From a virus (taxonomy: Duplodnaviria > Caudoviricetes), in the IMG/VR virus record IMGVR_UViG_3300027996_000030, positions 1 through 63,422 of that record: 63,422 bases of DNA; one strand, 5' to 3'. Below, in pieces: positions 18,962 to 28,417 of this stretch (positions within the stretch are counted from its first letter, which is position 1; each line of letters begins with the position of its first letter). The notes beneath the pieces were generated by a model. It made no database searches. It saw only the letters and a list, made by a program, of their open reading frames with translations, and was not told the origin of the DNA. The position numbers and the translations under genes were made by a program.

Positions 18962-20357
18962 TCTTCATCTCCTGCAAGTGGTGGAGAACAAGTTGGCGGA
19001 ACATAGCAGGGGTGATCCGGTTTTTCGTGGGGTCCGGCGCACTCGAATGCTCAGTGTCTCGGTCTTTGGGACCGCCCCCAACGGCTCGGGGGTCAATGTA
19101 CACACCGTTGGTGAGAACACTTTCAGTTTTGGGGACATCTTGAACATGCGTGACTCTACCCACCTCCGGTAAACTTGAAACACAAGAACCTGACTTCGTA
19201 GGCGCTGTGGTCACGGGATTAGTCGAGGTTGGGGAGGCGGTCACGCTTTCAGGGGGTGCCACAACCAAATGAGGAACAACGATCGCGGACGCATCCGTCC
19301 CATACAAGTGGTGTGCAGAAGCGGTGTCGAGGGTCATCGTGTGCTGCGTCGGGCGGTGCGGCGGCGCTGCGAACCGTTGAGCGACATTCAGCCATGCGGA
19401 ACCCCGTCCGGCAAGCCGCGTAATGCGCTCCGTATCCCACTTCATTGGGATCTCGGACACGCCTAGATGAACACGGTAAATCAGCATGGTTGCGTCTGCG
19501 ATGCGCTCGTAAGCCCCTGAAGGACTCATCTTCTGCATCATTCGGCCCGCACATTGAATGGCTCTGGGCAGGTCCTCCCCCAGCGCCTCTAGTAGATCCA
19601 GCACCATGTCATTGATGTCGAGGTGTAGGTACTGGAAGGCGTTGGCACGGGTGACTCCACCCAGCATCGAAACACCCTCGATCATCTTGATCGCATCGCG
19701 GATATGAGAACCCGACTGCTCTGCGATCAACGTCAAAGCATCCGCCTCGTACTTGATGCTCTCTTGATCACAGATGTATGCGAGGCGTTCTACGATGGCC
19801 TCCGAGGCGGCGGGCCGAATCACGAATGCGGGGGCACAGCGGGAGAAGATGGTATTGACCATCTTCTCAGGCTCGGTCGTGCAAAAGATGCAGACGAGCC
19901 GTTTGTCCTCCGACCCTGGAACGCTGTCCTCCATTGGCTTCAAAAGAGCATCCAAAGCCTGCTTTGATAAGCGATGGGATTCATCAAAGAGATAGATGCG
20001 ACGTTTCCCACTCACCGTGGAGTAGGACAGGTCTTCGACAATCTGGGCAATATCGGACTTGCCGCTCTTAGTCGCGGCGTCCAACTCCACAAAGCATTCG
20101 TGCGTTCCGCCGCGCAGGAGCACCAGACACGACTCACATTCATCGCAAGGTGCCCCGTCCACCGCAGACGAGCACAACAAGGCTCTGGCAAGAATCCTCC
20201 CAAGGGTGGTCTTGCCAGAGCCGTGTTGTCCGCAGAAGACGTAGGATTGATGGTAGCCACGGTTCCAGACCACGAACTGCTTGAGGACGGACACTGTGGC
20301 CTGTTGACCAAGCACATCAGCATATACTTGGGGCCGATAGCGGGTGTCTAAAGCCAC
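18924..20357 (-). CDS. dnaX: DNA polymerase III gamma/tau clamp-loader subunit
   Basis: YRPQ..DVLGQ, Walker A GQHGSGKTT, Zn Cys cluster, ELDAA, DESH, SRC motif. Confidence 0.9.
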   Translation of the reverse strand: MALDTRYRPQVYADVLGQQATVSVLKQFVVWNRGYHQSYVFCGQHGSGKTTLGRILARALLCSSAVDGAPCDECESCLVLLRGGTHECFVELDAATKSGKSDIAQIVEDLSYSTVSGKRRIYLFDESHRLSKQALDALLKPMEDSVPGSEDKRLVCIFCTTEPEKMVNTIFSRCAPAFVIRPAASEAIVERLAYICDQESIKYEADALTLIAEQSGSHIRDAIKMIEGVSMLGGVTRANAFQYLHLDINDMVLDLLEALGEDLPRAIQCAGRMMQKMSPSGAYERIADATMLIYRVHLGVSEIPMKWDTERITRLAGRGSAWLNVAQRFAAPPHRPTQHTMTLDTASAHHLYGTDASAIVVPHLVVAPPESVTASPTSTNPVTTAPTKSGSCVSSLPEVGRVTHVQDVPKTESVLTNGVYIDPRAVGGGPKDRDTEHSSAPDPTKNRITPAMFRQLVLHHLQEMKIGRTGRDYMART

Positions 20358-20365
20358 GGTGTCAC

Positions 20366-20836
20366 CTAGTCTTCGTCAGAGGCGAACATTTCCTCGACAG
20401 GGGAAGGCCCTTCGTCCTCGGTCTCCTCTTTCGGGAACCACATACCGTAGCGGTCTACGTTCTCTCGGAACGCCATAATGTCGGGCTTGGCGACAGAGCA
20501 CTTGATGTTCCCGCTCTTGGGGTCTTCCTCGCAACGGCAAGCTGTCAGCAGATGGTCGAGCAAGGCTTCCCGCTGCTTGCTGGACAACTCCTGTTCCCAC
20601 AGGTCCGCTGCGATCTCCAACACGAACTTGTAGTCGGTGTTGCCAAGGGCGTTCGCAAGAGCGGCCACCTTCTTGGAGTTTCCGAGGATCACTTGACCAC
20701 CGGACTTGCTTGCTTTCTCGCGGAACACGACGACAATCTCGTCAACCACAAGCGCGAGGTCTGGGTGGTTCTGCCCTACAAGGTCACGAACTTGCGTGTG
20801 AATATCATCCGTAGCTTTCCAAATGTCTGAGGCCAT
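20366..20836 (-). CDS. phage putative metallopeptidase-like protein, HExxH degenerate
   Basis: W..LS.KQREALLDHLLTAC...PDI.AF.E.V.RYG.W family pattern. Confidence 0.6.
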   Translation of the reverse strand: MASDIWKATDDIHTQVRDLVGQNHPDLALVVDEIVVVFREKASKSGGQVILGNSKKVAALANALGNTDYKFVLEIAADLWEQELSSKQREALLDHLLTACRCEEDPKSGNIKCSVAKPDIMAFRENVDRYGMWFPKEETEDEGPSPVEEMFASDED

Positions 20837-20871
20837 GTCAGGCTCCCTTTAAGATTAGAGGCACTCACTGT

Positions 20872-20900
20872 TACCCGCCGCGAGGGGCTGATTGACCCCC
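20872..20900 (-). promoter_or_regulatory. putative middle promoter GGGGGTCA-N15-CGGGTA
   Basis: Recurrent bipartite motif upstream of 20836. Confidence 0.7.
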
Positions 20901-20902
20901 TG

Positions 20903-21628
20903 TTAGAGAGCGAGAGCATGACGCAGCCCTTCATTGCCTCTCTCCTCCCAGATTTCTCCGGGGTCTTTGCCTCCCCGGTACTGAACTGTTCGGGCCTTGA
21001 TCCCTACGCGCTGTAGCCTCTCAGTGACCCCCCACACCCGCTTGCCCGTCTCTGGGTGCGCGAAGCCCTTTGCCATGTTCTGCCCTGTCTCATCCATGTC
21101 GAAACAGACGTGAACCCACGCACTAGGCGACAGGAAACGCTTGAGGAAGGTCAGTTGGTTGTAGGTGATCTTGGCACCACCGTTGCCCCAGGAGACATCT
21201 TTGGCGGGGATGACGTGTGCAACCGCAAGGTCAAACAGCCCTTCCACTAGCCATACGTCGCCACCATTCCAAATGCGGTTGAGAGTGGATGGGACCATGC
21301 CAGTGAACACAGGCAACCACCGTGAATCGGGAAGGTAAAACTTCTGGGATCCCTTCTCACCATCCCATCGTCGAAACTCGACGCCGAGAAGACGCCCCCG
21401 TGGTGACCACATCGGAACTGAGATCCAACCCTCTACACGGTGCCCTGTGGGGCCATAGCGAGTCGAGAAGGTGGAATCCGGGCATTGCTCCTGTGGAGGA
21501 TGCCACACACCCACACCCATCTCGGACGCAAGAGCACAAGGCAAGCCTCGACCCAGCATGTAGCCCTCTGCCTCCTCGGGCAGACCCTCCGCAGAGGCCA
21601 GTAGAGCACGGGTGAGCCATTCGTTCAT
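20903..21628 (-). CDS. DnaG-like primase catalytic/Toprim domain lacking a zinc-binding domain
   Basis: YMLGRGL, VWLVEGLFD, CFDMDETG, KDPGE; start reassigned to ATG 21628. Confidence 0.75.
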   Translation of the reverse strand: MNEWLTRALLASAEGLPEEAEGYMLGRGLPCALASEMGVGVWHPPQEQCPDSTFSTRYGPTGHRVEGWISVPMWSPRGRLLGVEFRRWDGEKGSQKFYLPDSRWLPVFTGMVPSTLNRIWNGGDVWLVEGLFDLAVAHVIPAKDVSWGNGGAKITYNQLTFLKRFLSPSAWVHVCFDMDETGQNMAKGFAHPETGKRVWGVTERLQRVGIKARTVQYRGGKDPGEIWEERGNEGLRHALAL

Positions 21629-21637
21629 ACAACCGTT

Positions 21638-21666
21638 TACCGGCACAACCAAAGGCTTTGACCCCC
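21638..21666 (-). promoter_or_regulatory. putative middle promoter GGGGGTCA-N15-CCGGTA
   Basis: Motif ends 9 nt before primase ATG. Confidence 0.7.
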
Positions 21667-22208
21667 TACTGGAACACCACAACGCCACGCGAGGGGTTGT
21701 GAACCAAAGCTCCCACATGCCCGTCCCCGAAAAGATACGCGGTGCCGACGTAGCTCCGGGTGGGGATCAGAACAGCCCTGGTGGGAGGCAGCCAAGGGGC
21801 TGGGACTCTGCTCAGGTCAGGGGCGATGCCTATGTCGAAATCATCGCCATAAAGGAGTGTGGGATCAGACAGCCCATAGTAGTTGAGGTAGGCCAGCCCC
21901 TCTAAGACACCTTCTTTCGTTGTGGGCAGGACATTGCCCCACTCGCACTCGACCCCCTTCTCAATGATGGCCTCAACCAACGAGGCAAACAAGGCGTCCA
22001 GGCTGGTTTGCCGTACCGCCAATCGAAGAAAGCCGCCCTGAAAAGCCCGGTCCACCCACAACAGCGATTTACTGGACGTGACCAGGAAAGGGCCTGCCTC
22101 GGGTTCGGCGGACACGGGCACGCCGTCCATCATCAGCGGGCGATGCTTAGACGGGCATTCCACGAGATCAAGCAGGTTTGAGTTCATCCGAACAACCACC
22201 GTTGCCAC
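21666..22208 (-). CDS. hypothetical protein
   Basis: Fills operon, overlaps neighbours; start uncertain. Confidence 0.6.
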   Translation of the reverse strand: MATVVVRMNSNLLDLVECPSKHRPLMMDGVPVSAEPEAGPFLVTSSKSLLWVDRAFQGGFLRLAVRQTSLDALFASLVEAIIEKGVECEWGNVLPTTKEGVLEGLAYLNYYGLSDPTLLYGDDFDIGIAPDLSRVPAPWLPPTRAVLIPTRSYVGTAYLFGDGHVGALVHNPSRGVVVFQ

Positions 22209-22609
22209 CAGGATTTCTCAACACGCACTGGCCCGGACAAATTGGTGGAGGCATTCGTTGCTGCCTCCACGATGCGATCAATCAGGCCACGAGCGTGGTC
22301 AGCGTCGTCACCCGTGTCAGCCCACAGCATGACACCCCCTATACGGCCTACGAGAGTGCCGTTGATAGCCAACGGCTCGTCTGGTTGGTCTTCAAGCACC
22401 CACATCAAAGCGGCAACGTCAGGGTAGTCTTTGGCAATCAAGGGGATGCTAGAAGTGGAGAAGAACACTCGGTATTCGGCCTTTGTGGCTGCTACTTCGT
22501 CTTTTGGCCACTCCTCGTCTGACTTGAACCTCTCGCACAACGCTCGCTTCAAGTGCCGGTACTGCGCTTGCTTGAGCTTCTGGCGAATGGTGCCCACGTC
22601 ACGCATCAC
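22184..22609 (-). CDS. hypothetical protein
   Basis: GTGA-coupled to upstream SbcC C-half. Confidence 0.65.
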   Translation of the reverse strand: MMRDVGTIRQKLKQAQYRHLKRALCERFKSDEEWPKDEVAATKAEYRVFFSTSSIPLIAKDYPDVAALMWVLEDQPDEPLAINGTLVGRIGGVMLWADTGDDADHARGLIDRIVEAATNASTNLSGPVRVEKSWWQRWLFG

Positions 22610-23250
22610 GCTTTCCCGATCTTTCTGAAGGACGCCTTGCCGTCCTTCTTGTTGATCCGGTAGGCGTTGTTCGCGGCCTCAACCAGCGAGGGGTTGTGGC
22701 TCACAGCGAGTACGTCCAACCCCATGCGCTTAGAGAGCACAGAGAGGAACTGACCGACCCGTGGGACGTAGTGCTCGGACACTGCCGCAAGGGACTCATC
22801 CAACAGGAGCAAGGGGCGCAAGCCACGGCGGTTGAGGACCACGATCCTCAACAGGACCGACTGAACGGTGGCCACAGAGCCGCCGTACACGTCAGTGCTG
22901 GCCCCCTCGGTGATCGTGCCGTCTGCTTGCTTCTGGACCGTGATCAAATCCACAGCGACCTTGCCGCGCTGGATGTCGATCTCGGAACGAACGGACAGGT
23001 CGAGGTCATCGAAGATGGCTTGCAAGCCCTCCGTCAACAGGGACTCGACCGTTTTGGCATTGTCCACCACCTCACGGTCAATGAGGGTTCGGAACAGGTC
23101 AGCCACACGATCAAGAACCTCCTCCTCTGCCTCCAACGTGAGCACTTGTCGCTTGGAGCTAGACAAGGCCGCCTGCGCGGAATCGCGCAGGGCCTCTGTC
23201 CGCGCCAAGTCAAGGCACAGGTCGTCGTAGTTGGGTATCAGGCTCTCCAC
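22606..23250 (-). CDS. SbcC/Rad50 C-terminal half
   Basis: Coiled coil, signature-like YGGS, Walker B LLLLDE, H-loop VSHN. Confidence 0.8.
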   Translation of the reverse strand: MESLIPNYDDLCLDLARTEALRDSAQAALSSSKRQVLTLEAEEEVLDRVADLFRTLIDREVVDNAKTVESLLTEGLQAIFDDLDLSVRSEIDIQRGKVAVDLITVQKQADGTITEGASTDVYGGSVATVQSVLLRIVVLNRRGLRPLLLLDESLAAVSEHYVPRVGQFLSVLSKRMGLDVLAVSHNPSLVEAANNAYRINKKDGKASFRKIGKA

Positions 23251-24383
23251 ACAATCACCGTATGGTACTGGTTCCCCGAATCTTCGGTGGCACCTTCATC
23301 TTCATAGATGAATGATACATACCCGCCCCGGCCTCTTTGATGGACCCCTAATGAGATCGAGTCGAGGTCAAACTGATCGACGATGGCTCCCAGGTAGGAG
23401 TAATCGAGGGAAAAAGTCAGATCCCCCAAGCCGGTCGCGGTCGATGTGATCAGAGGGTACTCGTCCTCCCCGCCAGCATCCGAAGGCATCGAGATCACCA
23501 AGGCGGAGTCAGTGGAAGCGAACTTCACCGTCTCATGGCCTTTCGGAGCGGACGCGAGCAACACAGCGATGGCACCGAAAAACTCCCTGACATCGAGATT
23601 GAGCCTCATGTCCGTCTCTTCGACTTCAATGGGGAGTCGAGGCATCGCCAACGTGGAACGGCTAACGCCGATGTACGAGCCGTCAGGGCGCGTGACCAAC
23701 AAAGCTGCCTCCCCACCACCTTCTTCACGGCGGGCCTCAAGCAACTCCACGTCGGAGTCTTGGGTGGTCTTGTCGGACAAGAACTTGAGAACGGTCGGGA
23801 TGTCCTTCGCCTTCAAGCGAAGCGACAGGTTGTTGAGATCACGAACCAGAATGCTGGAAACCACCTGCCGATTCGTTGCCATCAAGGTGCCTTCATTGGC
23901 TTCGATCTGGCAGATGTTAGGGCGGTTCGTGTCGTCGAAGGACACGAAGTTCTTGCTCAGGCTGAGGGCACGGTGCAGGACAGCGGGGGCAATCGCCCCC
24001 ATTGACGCCGCATTTGCGAGAAGGCCGTCCCAGTAAGGGAACCGGGAAGCATCAAGAGAACGTAGCTTGATCTTGCTTCGTGGCCCCTTTGCGATGACCT
24101 CACCACCCTCCTCACAGGAGAGGGTAAGCACACCGTCGCCTACAGACGAGATCCACTTGTCGAGCCGCCAAGCCTCCACGGTGAATGCCGCCCCGTCATC
24201 CCCCTCGGTGTTGGCCGTGAAGCCCGAACGGGAAAACACGCGCATGTTGTAGGACAGCACTTCGGGCTGGCCTTCATGGATGCGAAACAGGTAGTGGGAG
24301 GAAAGATCGGCTCCAGAGCCGACCGTGGTGGACACGACCTTGAGCGCAGCTTCAAGATCATTTTTGGCAACTTCGATGTTCAT
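23238..24383 (-). CDS. dnaN: DNA polymerase III beta sliding clamp-like protein
   Basis: 381 aa; MNIEVAKNDL..ALKVV start, DASRFP, LMATN, FSLDYSYL pattern; clamp-loader genes nearby. Confidence 0.7.
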   Translation of the reverse strand: MNIEVAKNDLEAALKVVSTTVGSGADLSSHYLFRIHEGQPEVLSYNMRVFSRSGFTANTEGDDGAAFTVEAWRLDKWISSVGDGVLTLSCEEGGEVIAKGPRSKIKLRSLDASRFPYWDGLLANAASMGAIAPAVLHRALSLSKNFVSFDDTNRPNICQIEANEGTLMATNRQVVSSILVRDLNNLSLRLKAKDIPTVLKFLSDKTTQDSDVELLEARREEGGGEAALLVTRPDGSYIGVSRSTLAMPRLPIEVEETDMRLNLDVREFFGAIAVLLASAPKGHETVKFASTDSALVISMPSDAGGEDEYPLITSTATGLGDLTFSLDYSYLGAIVDQFDLDSISLGVHQRGRGGYVSFIYEDEGATEDSGNQYHTVIVWRA

Positions 24384-24652
24384 GCGGGGTTCTCCATGTA
24401 GGGGGTGAGGGCTTCTTTGGCTTTGGCGACTTCATCAGCGAAGGCCGTGACCGAAGACTCATAGGCTTCGGTCAAAGAAGCTAAGGTCACGTCAAGGGTG
24501 TCGGGATCAAGGTTCTTCGACCGAATCTCGTCACCCACTTCTTTCAGGGCTTTCTCAGCCGCTTCCTTTCGGCCAGCAATTCGCTGTGCCTCCCCCGCCA
24601 GCCTGTCGCGGAGGGCCACAGCATCATTGAGTCGCGTATCCAGATCGCCCAT
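24380..24652 (-). CDS. small coiled-coil protein
   Basis: ATG 24652 after GGGAG, downstream of middle motif. Confidence 0.7.
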   Translation of the reverse strand: MGDLDTRLNDAVALRDRLAGEAQRIAGRKEAAEKALKEVGDEIRSKNLDPDTLDVTLASLTEAYESSVTAFADEVAKAKEALTPYMENPA

Positions 24653-24678
24653 CGGGTGTCTCCCTTGTCTCACGGGAA

Positions 24679-24707
24679 TACCCGATGAAGCACATTTGTT
24701 TACCCCC
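24679..24707 (-). promoter_or_regulatory. putative middle promoter GGGGGTAA-N15-CGGGTA
   Basis: Recurrent motif. Confidence 0.7.
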
Positions 24708-24711
24708 TCTT

Positions 24712-25755
24712 TCAGAGGGAAAAGTCTACGAACCCGTCGCCATTGGTGATAGCGGCCACTTTGTTTTTCCGGCCTCGCTTCGCAGCGTTCGCCTGTCTTT
24801 GGGCCTTACGAGCATCGCAGACCTCCAGAAAGTCGCAGAAGTCGCAGGTCTTGGGAGAAGGCGTCGGATCAAACCGCTCGGCTTCCATGCCTGTCTTGGC
24901 GTCGAGGGCGCGCTGCGCCAATCCTTTGAGATCATCCTCGTCAAACTCGATCCACTCGACCCCCGTTTCGAGGGTTTCCGAACCATCCTTCTCAATGGTC
25001 TTCTGGCCATGCGGGAACCGATACCAGACGTAGGCCAGTCGATCAGGCATCTCACGGTAAATCAGCTTGTAGAGCAAAGCGTACCAACGGAGTTGATCCG
25101 GGTCCGTGTACTTCATCTTGTATTTCGTGTTCTTGCCGTCCAAGATCGTGACTCCGGTGTCCACGCGCTTGATGATCGTGTCAGCGCGGCCTCCGATTGG
25201 ATTCATCTTGTCGATCCATCCGACAAGATCCACCTCGGCCTTGGCATAGGGTCCGAGAAATCTATGCGCCTTCATCGTCTCAATGAATGACGTGATCCCA
25301 TTGGCACAGAGGTCCCACATCTCAGCGCGGGTCATCTTGGCTTCGGCGTAGTTGATCTTGTTCTTGGGCTTGTCGATCTGACGATCGAACTCCCGCTCTC
25401 CGATGGAGAGTAGGTTTTCTACAAGATTCTGTGGATCGCGGTACAACTCTTTGTTGTACATGTCCTCAACGGCCTGCTGAATCACGATCCCAAACACAGC
25501 ATGGTGCCGAGAGCGTTGCTCGGGTCGGGGCTTGCGTTCTCCGGGGCCGTGGCCACAGTCGTACTGGTCCCATCCCTTCGACCACACGAACTTCTGCGGA
25601 CACTCCTCGTACATTTTGAGCGTGCTCCAGTAGAGCGTTGTCCCTTTGTTCATCACAAACCTCCGGTCTGAGTTCACCGGGGTCACCTTACCCGTGGGAG
25701 GGACATCAAAAAGCCCTCCGCCTTGCTCTGCGTTCCTCAGAAGCCTGAGTTTCAC
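24712..25755 (-). CDS. PD-(D/E)XK Cas4/AddB-like exonuclease with Fe-S cysteines
   Basis: STLKMYEECP, GRADTI, ILDGK, QLRWY, CDFCDFLEVC. Confidence 0.8.
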   Translation of the reverse strand: MKLRLLRNAEQGGGLFDVPPTGKVTPVNSDRRFVMNKGTTLYWSTLKMYEECPQKFVWSKGWDQYDCGHGPGERKPRPEQRSRHHAVFGIVIQQAVEDMYNKELYRDPQNLVENLLSIGEREFDRQIDKPKNKINYAEAKMTRAEMWDLCANGITSFIETMKAHRFLGPYAKAEVDLVGWIDKMNPIGGRADTIIKRVDTGVTILDGKNTKYKMKYTDPDQLRWYALLYKLIYREMPDRLAYVWYRFPHGQKTIEKDGSETLETGVEWIEFDEDDLKGLAQRALDAKTGMEAERFDPTPSPKTCDFCDFLEVCDARKAQRQANAAKRGRKNKVAAITNGDGFVDFSL

Positions 25756-26717
25756 GCTCGTTCCAAGTAGGACAAAGCCCGCTCGCGGATCTCATTGGGC
25801 ACGTTGTCCATGCTCGTCACGGCTTCAACGAGCGTCACACCGTCCTCGGGTGGTTGGAGTGCTTCACGGATGGCTTCGACGAACGAGTCCATCTCCACCT
25901 GCCGTTTGACCTGCCGTGTGCGACCCTCAATGTCGAACACGTCTCCGGGTGCGCCTACTACGAGTGGACGAACCTCGACCTCGACGCCTTCGCGGGTGCA
26001 TCGGAGCACAGCCGCAGACGGAACCCGGTCCATATTGTCCTGCGAGAGTGCCCCTCGTGTCAGTGATCCGATGTTCACGAACTGCTTGCCGCCGATCTCC
26101 TCGACGCCTTGGTTCTTGTGCCAGTGGCCGAACATGTACACATCGGGTGCCGTATCCACAAGGTCGGCGTACTTCACGATGTCCTCGCCTTCAAACATGG
26201 TGCCGCCTCTGTGGCTGGCGAGAACATGAGCAACGCAGATCAGAACGTCTTCGTCGCCCTTCACGATGCTGGTGAACCGTTCCATGTCGTAGGTGGTGCC
26301 GTGGTACGGAATGCCCACTACGCGGACGGTGACCCCCTCGTGGGTGAACACAGCCTCGTGCTCATCGTAGAGCCGCTTGTAGACCCCTGTTGAGAACAGG
26401 ACGCCCAACGGCTGCTGAGGCAGGAAGGCATAATCGCCGTACACGGAGTCATGGTTCCCCGGCGTGCAGTAGACCGGGCACGGGTAGTCCGCGTGGTGCT
26501 CCGCCGTCCGGTTGACGAGCGCATGGCTGTTCCGACCTGGCGACTTGATATGAAAGAAGTCACCGCCGTCGATGATCGCGGCGGCGTTGACCTCGCGTGC
26601 GAGATCACGGACCTGCCCCAGCTTGTCGAACACGGTGTCAGCCCAGTCGTCGATTCTTGAGGACGGTGCGCGGTCGGACAGGTGAACGTCGGTACGCCAT
26701 ACGAGGTTGATGCTCAT
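25752..26717 (-). CDS. sbcD: SbcD/Mre11 metallophosphoesterase nuclease
   Basis: DVH, GGDFFH, GNHD, GHWH, NIGS motifs. Confidence 0.85.
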   Translation of the reverse strand: MSINLVWRTDVHLSDRAPSSRIDDWADTVFDKLGQVRDLAREVNAAAIIDGGDFFHIKSPGRNSHALVNRTAEHHADYPCPVYCTPGNHDSVYGDYAFLPQQPLGVLFSTGVYKRLYDEHEAVFTHEGVTVRVVGIPYHGTTYDMERFTSIVKGDEDVLICVAHVLASHRGGTMFEGEDIVKYADLVDTAPDVYMFGHWHKNQGVEEIGGKQFVNIGSLTRGALSQDNMDRVPSAAVLRCTREGVEVEVRPLVVGAPGDVFDIEGRTRQVKRQVEMDSFVEAIREALQPPEDGVTLVEAVTSMDNVPNEIRERALSYLERA

Positions 26718-27156
26718 GGTGTTTCCTCTCTCTTCGATGGGAACCCCAACGTCTCAAGATCGGGGACGTAAGGGTCTTGCCCTTTGTGTAACCGCGTCTC
26801 AAAGAAGCCATCGAGGGCGGGGATGGTCGCCATCACCAAACGGGAATAGTAGCCCGTGAAGTTGTTGTTGAGCCTGTAGTCATCCCCCACTGTCTGGATG
26901 GCGTAAAGCCAACGAAGCCGGTTGAAGACCAACCAGATGCTTCCCCGTTGGAACCCCCGCGTCTTGAGATCAAGGGCGATCTTGACGATGGCCTTGTAGA
27001 CGTGAGGGTTGGCGAGGTGGAACGCCTCAAACCCTTGTTCCTTGCTGCCCTTCATTCGCACAGGGGTGACGGGTTGAATCTCAACACCGAGGCCATCGTC
27101 ACCACCAAACAAGGTGAATACGTCATCGTTGATGCTCATGCTCATGGTGTTTCCTC
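26710..27156. repeat. 19-bp direct repeat (26710-26728 and 27138-27156) flanking a small gene
   Basis: atgctcatggtgtttcctc occurs at both positions. Confidence 0.85.
26714..27145 (-). CDS. phage hypothetical protein (143 aa)
   Basis: FHLANPHVY...LRW...YRLNNNFTGYYSR; ATGA coupling on both sides. Confidence 0.75.
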   Translation of the reverse strand: MSMSINDDVFTLFGGDDGLGVEIQPVTPVRMKGSKEQGFEAFHLANPHVYKAIVKIALDLKTRGFQRGSIWLVFNRLRWLYAIQTVGDDYRLNNNFTGYYSRLVMATIPALDGFFETRLHKGQDPYVPDLETLGFPSKREETP

Positions 27157-27747
27157 CTCCCCCTCTTTACCGGGAACGGGCGGAAGATGACCCCCCTGTT
27201 CCAACTCTCGGAGGAGTTCTGCGATACTGCCGGGGGAGCGAGGGGCTTCTCCGAGGTCTTCGCCCTCAACGATGACCGGGGGTGGACGGAGTACCTTGGA
27301 CAAGCGAATCACGGCGTCTTGATGTTCTCGGAGTTGATCTCGCAACACCTCGGCCTGATGTGCTGCAATCTGCTCCAGGCGGATCATGTTCTGGAGATCC
27401 CACCTGACCTGCTTGACTTCTGACTCCAGTTTCTCGATCTCGCTGGCAGCGAGGCTCGTCAACTCACCGACCGCATGGTTGTCGAAGTAGAGGGGAACGG
27501 GATCACAACCACGCGATTGCCGTGAAAGCGAATGGAGTGAGACGCACTTGACCTCGGGCAATCCCGAAGCCCAAGCATCCTTCACCACTTGATCCGCTTG
27601 CTGTTTGGTTGCAGCCACGAGAACGCCGCTCTTGAAACGCTGATCACCGTGACCCGTCGCCACCCGAACCAGATTCGTGGTTTGACCCAGACGACGAGCA
27701 CGGCCAATGGCCGCGTAGACCTCAAGAAGCAGGTTCTTGGTGCTCAT
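27142..27747 (-). CDS. hypothetical protein
   Basis: ATGA-coupled small-gene array. Confidence 0.65.
   Translation of the reverse strand: MSTKNLLLEVYAAIGRARRLGQTTNLVRVATGHGDQRFKSGVLVAATKQQADQVVKDAWASGLPEVKCVSLHSLSRQSRGCDPVPLYFDNHAVGELTSLAASEIEKLESEVKQVRWDLQNMIRLEQIAAHQAEVLRDQLREHQDAVIRLSKVLRPPPVIVEGEDLGEAPRSPGSIAELLRELEQGGHLPPVPGKEGEEETP
27168..27196 (-). promoter_or_regulatory. putative middle promoter GGGGGGTCA-N14-CCGGTA
   Basis: Recurrent motif upstream of 27145. Confidence 0.6.
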
Positions 27748-28193
27748 CTTTGGACCCCCAACACCCGAACAGACGGGTTCCGCACTCGTTTCTCGTCAGG
27801 AAGCCGCAGCGTGTACGGCTCAAACGAATCGTCACGATCCACATGTACCTCAATGGTTCCGAGGGCCTTTACCGCTTCGACCGCCCCAAACCCTTCGTGC
27901 AGGCTGAACCGCTCGTCAGCCAACGCAAGCCAGTGGTCCAGACGAACGCTGAGCGACCCCTTTCCACCGCCGTGCTCTGGCATCGGGTCATCCATCCAGA
28001 CCGTCTCCGCGAGGATGATCCGCTCTGCCAAGGACCAACCGGTATCTGGCCACAGACGAAGGCGACCTTGGACCTCATCGGAAAGAGGGCACCCCTGCCA
28101 ACGGGACACCTCCAAGCAAGCGTGGTTCAGTTCCGAGAACAACGCAGGGCTGACCCACACGTTCCGCTTCGGTGGGGCGGGATCCCTCATCAC
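27744..28193 (-). CDS. hypothetical protein
   Basis: Coupled array, GGAGG RBS. Confidence 0.6.
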   Translation of the reverse strand: MMRDPAPPKRNVWVSPALFSELNHACLEVSRWQGCPLSDEVQGRLRLWPDTGWSLAERIILAETVWMDDPMPEHGGGKGSLSVRLDHWLALADERFSLHEGFGAVEAVKALGTIEVHVDRDDSFEPYTLRLPDEKRVRNPSVRVLGVQR

Positions 28194-28417
28194 TCACCTC
28201 CAACCGTCGTCTGGGTTAGGGTCAGGCACGGGTTAGGGTCAGGCACGAAACACATTGAGACCTCCATGCCGTATCGGTCGTGTGCCTTCACCGTCTTGAC
28301 CATACAGCGGTACAGCCAACCTCCCGGCACCCGTAGTCGGTGCGTCTGTGACGCTGGCTCATCTCTGCGGTCACGGTCATTTTGCCAACACACGTCCTCC
28401 CACTTGCCTTCACTCAT
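28190..28417 (-). CDS. small phage protein (RLRVPGGWLYR motif)
   Basis: ATG 28417 after GGAGGA. Confidence 0.65.
   Translation of the reverse strand: MSEGKWEDVCWQNDRDRRDEPASQTHRLRVPGGWLYRCMVKTVKAHDRYGMEVSMCFVPDPNPCLTLTQTTVGGE
28213..28246. repeat. 17-bp perfect tandem duplication
   Basis: gggttagggtcaggcac x2. Confidence 0.9.

Noticed and set aside
18924-20357. E. coli-type programmed -1 frameshift in dnaX
   Set aside because: No A-AAA-AAG slippery site or long A run seen
24712-25755. CRISPR-Cas system suggested by the Cas4-like nuclease
   Set aside because: No array or other cas genes seen; context is recombination/repair
28213-28246. Telomere-like TTAGGG repeats
   Set aside because: Only two copies, inside a 17-bp coding duplication
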